From Promethearchaeota archaeon (GTDB taxonomy: Archaea; Asgardarchaeota; Lokiarchaeia; Sigyniarchaeales; SOKP01), in the NCBI GenBank assembly GCA_019058445.1, contig JAHPZA010000010.1, positions 544,001-608,000 of the forward strand: DNA of 64,000 nt, given 5' to 3'. The number at the start of each line of letters is the position of its first letter. The stretch's first letter is position 1. Positions 60,823 to 64,000 of this stretch are shown one piece after another. The position numbers were made by a program, and so were the translations under genes. Below the pieces are notes generated by a model. That model was not told the DNA's origin. It saw only the letters and a list, made by a program, of their open reading frames with translations, and did no database searches.

Positions 60823-61932
60823 TTGAAAATTATGAAATCTTTCAGAGATTTAATTAAAGAGGTTCATCAAAAAGGGATTTGTCAACAATGTGGAGGATGT
60901 GTAAGTTTTTGCAATTCTATTGAGCATGAAGTTATAGGATTTAAAAACCCTAACAAGCCTCCAGTTTATTTAAATAAGAATAAATGCCTTAGATGCGCAT
61001 TATGTTATTTAATTTGTCCACAAACTCATGCATTAGAAGCGGAAATCAATAAAACTTATAAATTTTCAAACTTTACGACAATGCCTTTAGGATCTTTCTT
61101 TAATTTATACTCTTGCCAATCTACAGATAAAGATTTTCTGCAATATGGCACTGATGGAGGAGTAGTAAACACAATAATCTATTATTTATTAGAAAAAGAA
61201 GTGATTGATGGTGCAATTGTTGCGAGGACGTTAGGCCCCTTTTCCAGAGAAGCTATAATTGCAGAAAATAAAGAAGATTTAATAAAAGCCTCCAGAATAA
61301 AATTAGATATATCCCCCCAGTTGGAAGAAATTCAAAAATTCCATACCTATACAAATTCACTTCCCAAATTGAATCAATATCGATTTAAAAAATTAGCTGT
61401 AGTTGGCACTCCGTGCCAAATTTATACTATTAGATGTATGCAGAACTTAGGAATTATGCCTTCTGAAAATATTGAGTTTTGTTTAGGACTTTTCTGTTAT
61501 GAAAACTTTTTTTTTGATAAAGCCCAAGTAGAGAATTTTGAAAAGGCTTTTAATGTGAAATTTAGGGATATTGAAAAAATAAACATCAAGGAAGATTTAA
61601 TTCTCAGTATAAAAGATACAGATTCTAGGAGTAGAAGTATCCATATTCCTTTTAATCAGCTAAATAAATATATGCGTGTAGCTTGCAATGCGTGTAATGA
61701 TTTTACTAATATATATGCAGATATATCCTTTGGGGGATTAGGTTCTCCCGATAAATATACTACAATCCTAACTCGATCTGAAAAAGGGAGAAGCATCATA
61801 TTAAAAGCGATAAAAGCAAAAAAAATAAAGTGTACTCATTTAAAGACTTCTGTCAAAGATAATGTGAAAGAACTAATTACTAAATATTCTATAAAAAAAG
61901 TTAAAAGAAGGGAGAATTTTTTTAAGTATTAA
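60823..61932 (+). CDS. Coenzyme F420 hydrogenase/dehydrogenase beta subunit (FrhB family)
   Basis: CQQCGGCVSFC, CLRCALCYLICP, DGGVV, VGTPCQ, GLFC, CNACNDF..ADISFG. Confidence 0.9.
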   Translation: MKIMKSFRDLIKEVHQKGICQQCGGCVSFCNSIEHEVIGFKNPNKPPVYLNKNKCLRCALCYLICPQTHALEAEINKTYKFSNFTTMPLGSFFNLYSCQSTDKDFLQYGTDGGVVNTIIYYLLEKEVIDGAIVARTLGPFSREAIIAENKEDLIKASRIKLDISPQLEEIQKFHTYTNSLPKLNQYRFKKLAVVGTPCQIYTIRCMQNLGIMPSENIEFCLGLFCYENFFFDKAQVENFEKAFNVKFRDIEKINIKEDLILSIKDTDSRSRSIHIPFNQLNKYMRVACNACNDFTNIYADISFGGLGSPDKYTTILTRSEKGRSIILKAIKAKKIKCTHLKTSVKDNVKELITKYSIKKVKRRENFFKY

Positions 61933-61982
61933 AATCAGAGAGAAAAGATTACCATTAAAAATAAGATCGAAGAAGTTTTGTT

Positions 61983-62981
61983 ATGGTTCAATCAAAATTT
62001 AAGTTTTTTAATTGGAGAAAAAAAAACCAAAGTAAATTAAAAATTATCTTTCTAATTATAATCATTATAATTGGAACATCTATTGGGATATTGCTCATAT
62101 TATATTATTTAATTAATTATAAAAGACCTGAATTTGAGTTAGCCGATGAAAAAATTGATGACTTTGCTTATTGGATTGATGAAATTGATAAAAAACAGAT
62201 TAAAGACTCCAAATATGATTTAATTATTATTGACTATTCCGCAGATGGTTCTGAAGATGAAGAGTTTTCTGAAGATGATGTACAGTATATGAAATCCTCA
62301 GGAGATAAAAAAAAGTTGCTTTTATCATATATCAGTATAGGTGAAGCAGAGGATTATAGATTTTATTGGGAAGATTCATGGGATAATGATGAAGATGGTG
62401 AACCAGATAGCGGTGCTCCTGCTTGGTTAGATGAAGAAAATCCTGATTGGGGAGGGAATTATAAAGTAAAGTATTGGATGCAAGGCTGGCAAGACATTAT
62501 TTATGATTATTTAGATCGTATTATTGACGCCGAATTTGATGGAATATATATGGATCTTATTGATGCATATGAATATTATGAGGATGATTTTCCGAATTCC
62601 GATTGGTTAATGATTGACTTAGTTAGGAACATTTCTGATTATATTAAGTCATATCAAGGTAAAGATCTCTTGGTATTTGTGCAGAATGGTGAAAATTTGT
62701 TAAAAAACTCAATATATTTAGATCATATTGATGGAATTGGACGTGAGGATTTATTTTATGACGATGATGATATAACAGAAGAGGATGATCGTGAAGATTG
62801 TATTAAAAATCTAAATAAAGCTTTAAAGGAAGACAAAACAGTACTTATTATTGATTATCCAACTAATTGGATATACATTTATGATTTCTATCAAAATTGT
62901 GTTAATAATGGTTTTTTAGGTTATGCCACAAATAGGGAATTAGATAGCTTATATGAACATTGGTGTTTCCCCGCAACATAA
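61983..62981 (+). CDS. Membrane-anchored GH114-like (MJ1477/TM1410) endo-alpha-1,4-polygalactosaminidase
   Basis: N-terminal TM; YISIGEAEDYRFYW, ENPDW.GNY, FDGIYMD, QNG, EDLFY. Confidence 0.88.
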   Translation: MVQSKFKFFNWRKKNQSKLKIIFLIIIIIIGTSIGILLILYYLINYKRPEFELADEKIDDFAYWIDEIDKKQIKDSKYDLIIIDYSADGSEDEEFSEDDVQYMKSSGDKKKLLLSYISIGEAEDYRFYWEDSWDNDEDGEPDSGAPAWLDEENPDWGGNYKVKYWMQGWQDIIYDYLDRIIDAEFDGIYMDLIDAYEYYEDDFPNSDWLMIDLVRNISDYIKSYQGKDLLVFVQNGENLLKNSIYLDHIDGIGREDLFYDDDDITEEDDREDCIKNLNKALKEDKTVLIIDYPTNWIYIYDFYQNCVNNGFLGYATNRELDSLYEHWCFPAT

Positions 62982-63023
62982 CATAACCTCAAGGTTTAGA
63001 TATTTATTTGATAAATGAAGTTT

Positions 63024-63161
63024 TTATATAGCTATTTGAACCGCATATTGATGGATTTCTTTTTCTTCATTTAGATCCTTATCCTCATCAATAACATCAT
63101 AATCCATAAAATAACTTATTGGAACAAAAATAATATTCCTTATTATATCAAACAATAACAT
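63024..63161 (-). CDS. Small 45-aa ORF (hydrophobic N-terminus, acidic C-terminus)
   Basis: AAGGAGGG SD 6 nt before ATG 63161; MLLFDIIRNIIFVPISYFMDYDVIDEDKDLNEEKEIHQYAVQIAI*. Confidence 0.45.
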   Translation of the reverse strand: MLLFDIIRNIIFVPISYFMDYDVIDEDKDLNEEKEIHQYAVQIAI

Positions 63162-63320
63162 TTCTTTCCCTCCTTGACTATTTTTTTGAATTTTAATATA
63201 ATTTAAAATTAAGTTTGATTTATTTACCTAAGATATAGCAAATGAGTAAAAAAAGCAGATTAATTCCTAATTAATAAAAAATTGTTATTTTCTTATGTTA
63301 TTAAACATATTATAAATATA

Positions 63321-64000
63321 ATGATAAATTCGGACAGGATTAAAGAGATTTTAACAAAAAAAGGAGCAGATCTTTGTGGCATAGCTCCTGTAGCTAGGTT
63401 TAAAGACGCTCCTAGTGGTTTTCACCCCCTTGATGTCTTTCCTGATTGCAAATCTGTCATCGTTTTCGCTTCATATTTTCCTTTAAGTACCCTTCAAGCT
63501 AAAACTAATTCACCTTATACTTTTATAAGAAATATGATGGTAGATAAATTAGACAAAATTTCTTTCCAATTATCTATAGAATTAGAAAAAGAAGGTGTTA
63601 TAGCAATTCCCATCCCATCCTCGGAACCTTACGATTATTGGGATTATGAGCGACAACATGGGAGGGGAATTATCTCCTTAAAACATGCAGGATTTCTCGC
63701 AGGACTTGGAATACTTGGCAAAAATACTCTTCTGATAAATGATGAATACGGAACTATGATATGGTTAGGAGCTAATCTTGTATCTATTGATCTTGAACCT
63801 GATCTTATCGCAACCTATCAGGCTTGTGTTTCTAAATGTACTTTATGCATTGATTCATGCCCTCAAAATGCGCTTGATGGATTAACTATTAATCAAAAAG
63901 CTTGTAGAGAAAAAATGTTTACATATTCTGAAGGTGGTGGTTTGGTTCTTTCATGCAATATCTGCAGAAAAGTATGTCCCCATCATGCGGGGCTCTACAA
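63321..64000 (+). CDS. QueG/reductive-dehalogenase-like 4Fe-4S protein, truncated at the window end and absent from the ORF track
   Basis: GADLCGIA, SLKHAGFLAGLGILGKNTLL, CVSKCTLCIDSCP, CNICRKVCP. Confidence 0.85.
   Translation, partial: MINSDRIKEILTKKGADLCGIAPVARFKDAPSGFHPLDVFPDCKSVIVFASYFPLSTLQAKTNSPYTFIRNMMVDKLDKISFQLSIELEKEGVIAIPIPSSEPYDYWDYERQHGRGIISLKHAGFLAGLGILGKNTLLINDEYGTMIWLGANLVSIDLEPDLIATYQACVSKCTLCIDSCPQNALDGLTINQKACREKMFTYSEGGGLVLSCNICRKVCPHHAGLY

Noticed and set aside
1-64000. Genome-wide TAG recoding suggested by the in-frame amber at 9002
   Set aside because: TAG terminates several full-length genes here (e.g. 6747, 33717, 45666, 49923), so amber is a normal stop.
1-64000. 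Selenoproteins / SECIS elements (known in Lokiarchaeia)
   Set aside because: I saw no in-frame TGA at a Cys position in the Fe-S, FrhB or QueG-like genes, and no SECIS I can support by eye.
1-64000. tRNA/rRNA genes, CRISPR arrays, IS elements, proviral or defence genes
   Set aside because: No GC-rich cloverleaf or rRNA stretch, no regularly spaced repeats, and no transposase, integrase or nuclease motifs recognised.

Overview
AT-rich archaeal chromosomal segment, almost certainly Asgard (Lokiarchaeia/Promethearchaeia-like). This is based on archaeal-type ribosomal, RNAP and KEOPS genes plus several eukaryotic-signature-protein families: Rab-like small GTPases, Roadblock/LC7, a gelsolin-like protein, LRR and a 7TM-RING-like protein. 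Layout: 0-18 kb peptide/amino-acid/acyl-CoA catabolism, including two adjacent genes broken by in-frame stops; 18-25.6 kb membrane or elongated proteins carrying winged-helix domains; fae-hps and a gelsolin-like gene; 28-35 kb informational core (eS6, eL24, Rpo10, eL8/L7Ae, eS28, Bud32, Kae1, eS31, eS24, DUF359, Spt4, Rpo7); 42-52 kb small-GTPase island; 50-64 kb peptidases, sulfatase, GH38, FrhB, GH114 and a truncated QueG-like gene. Best candidates for undescribed biology: (1) a two-gene module of paralogous ectodomain proteins, one with a GPS/GAIN-like H-F|S autoproteolysis motif just before its TM helix and the other a membrane-tethered double-wHTH regulator; (2) a Roadblock-RabGTPase-LRR-polytopic-membrane fusion facing four tandem Rab-like GTPases; (3) a TrmB-like protein split by a ~520-aa coiled-coil rod. 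I saw no tRNA, rRNA, CRISPR array or recognisable mobile element. All calls come from reading motifs by eye; no searches were run.
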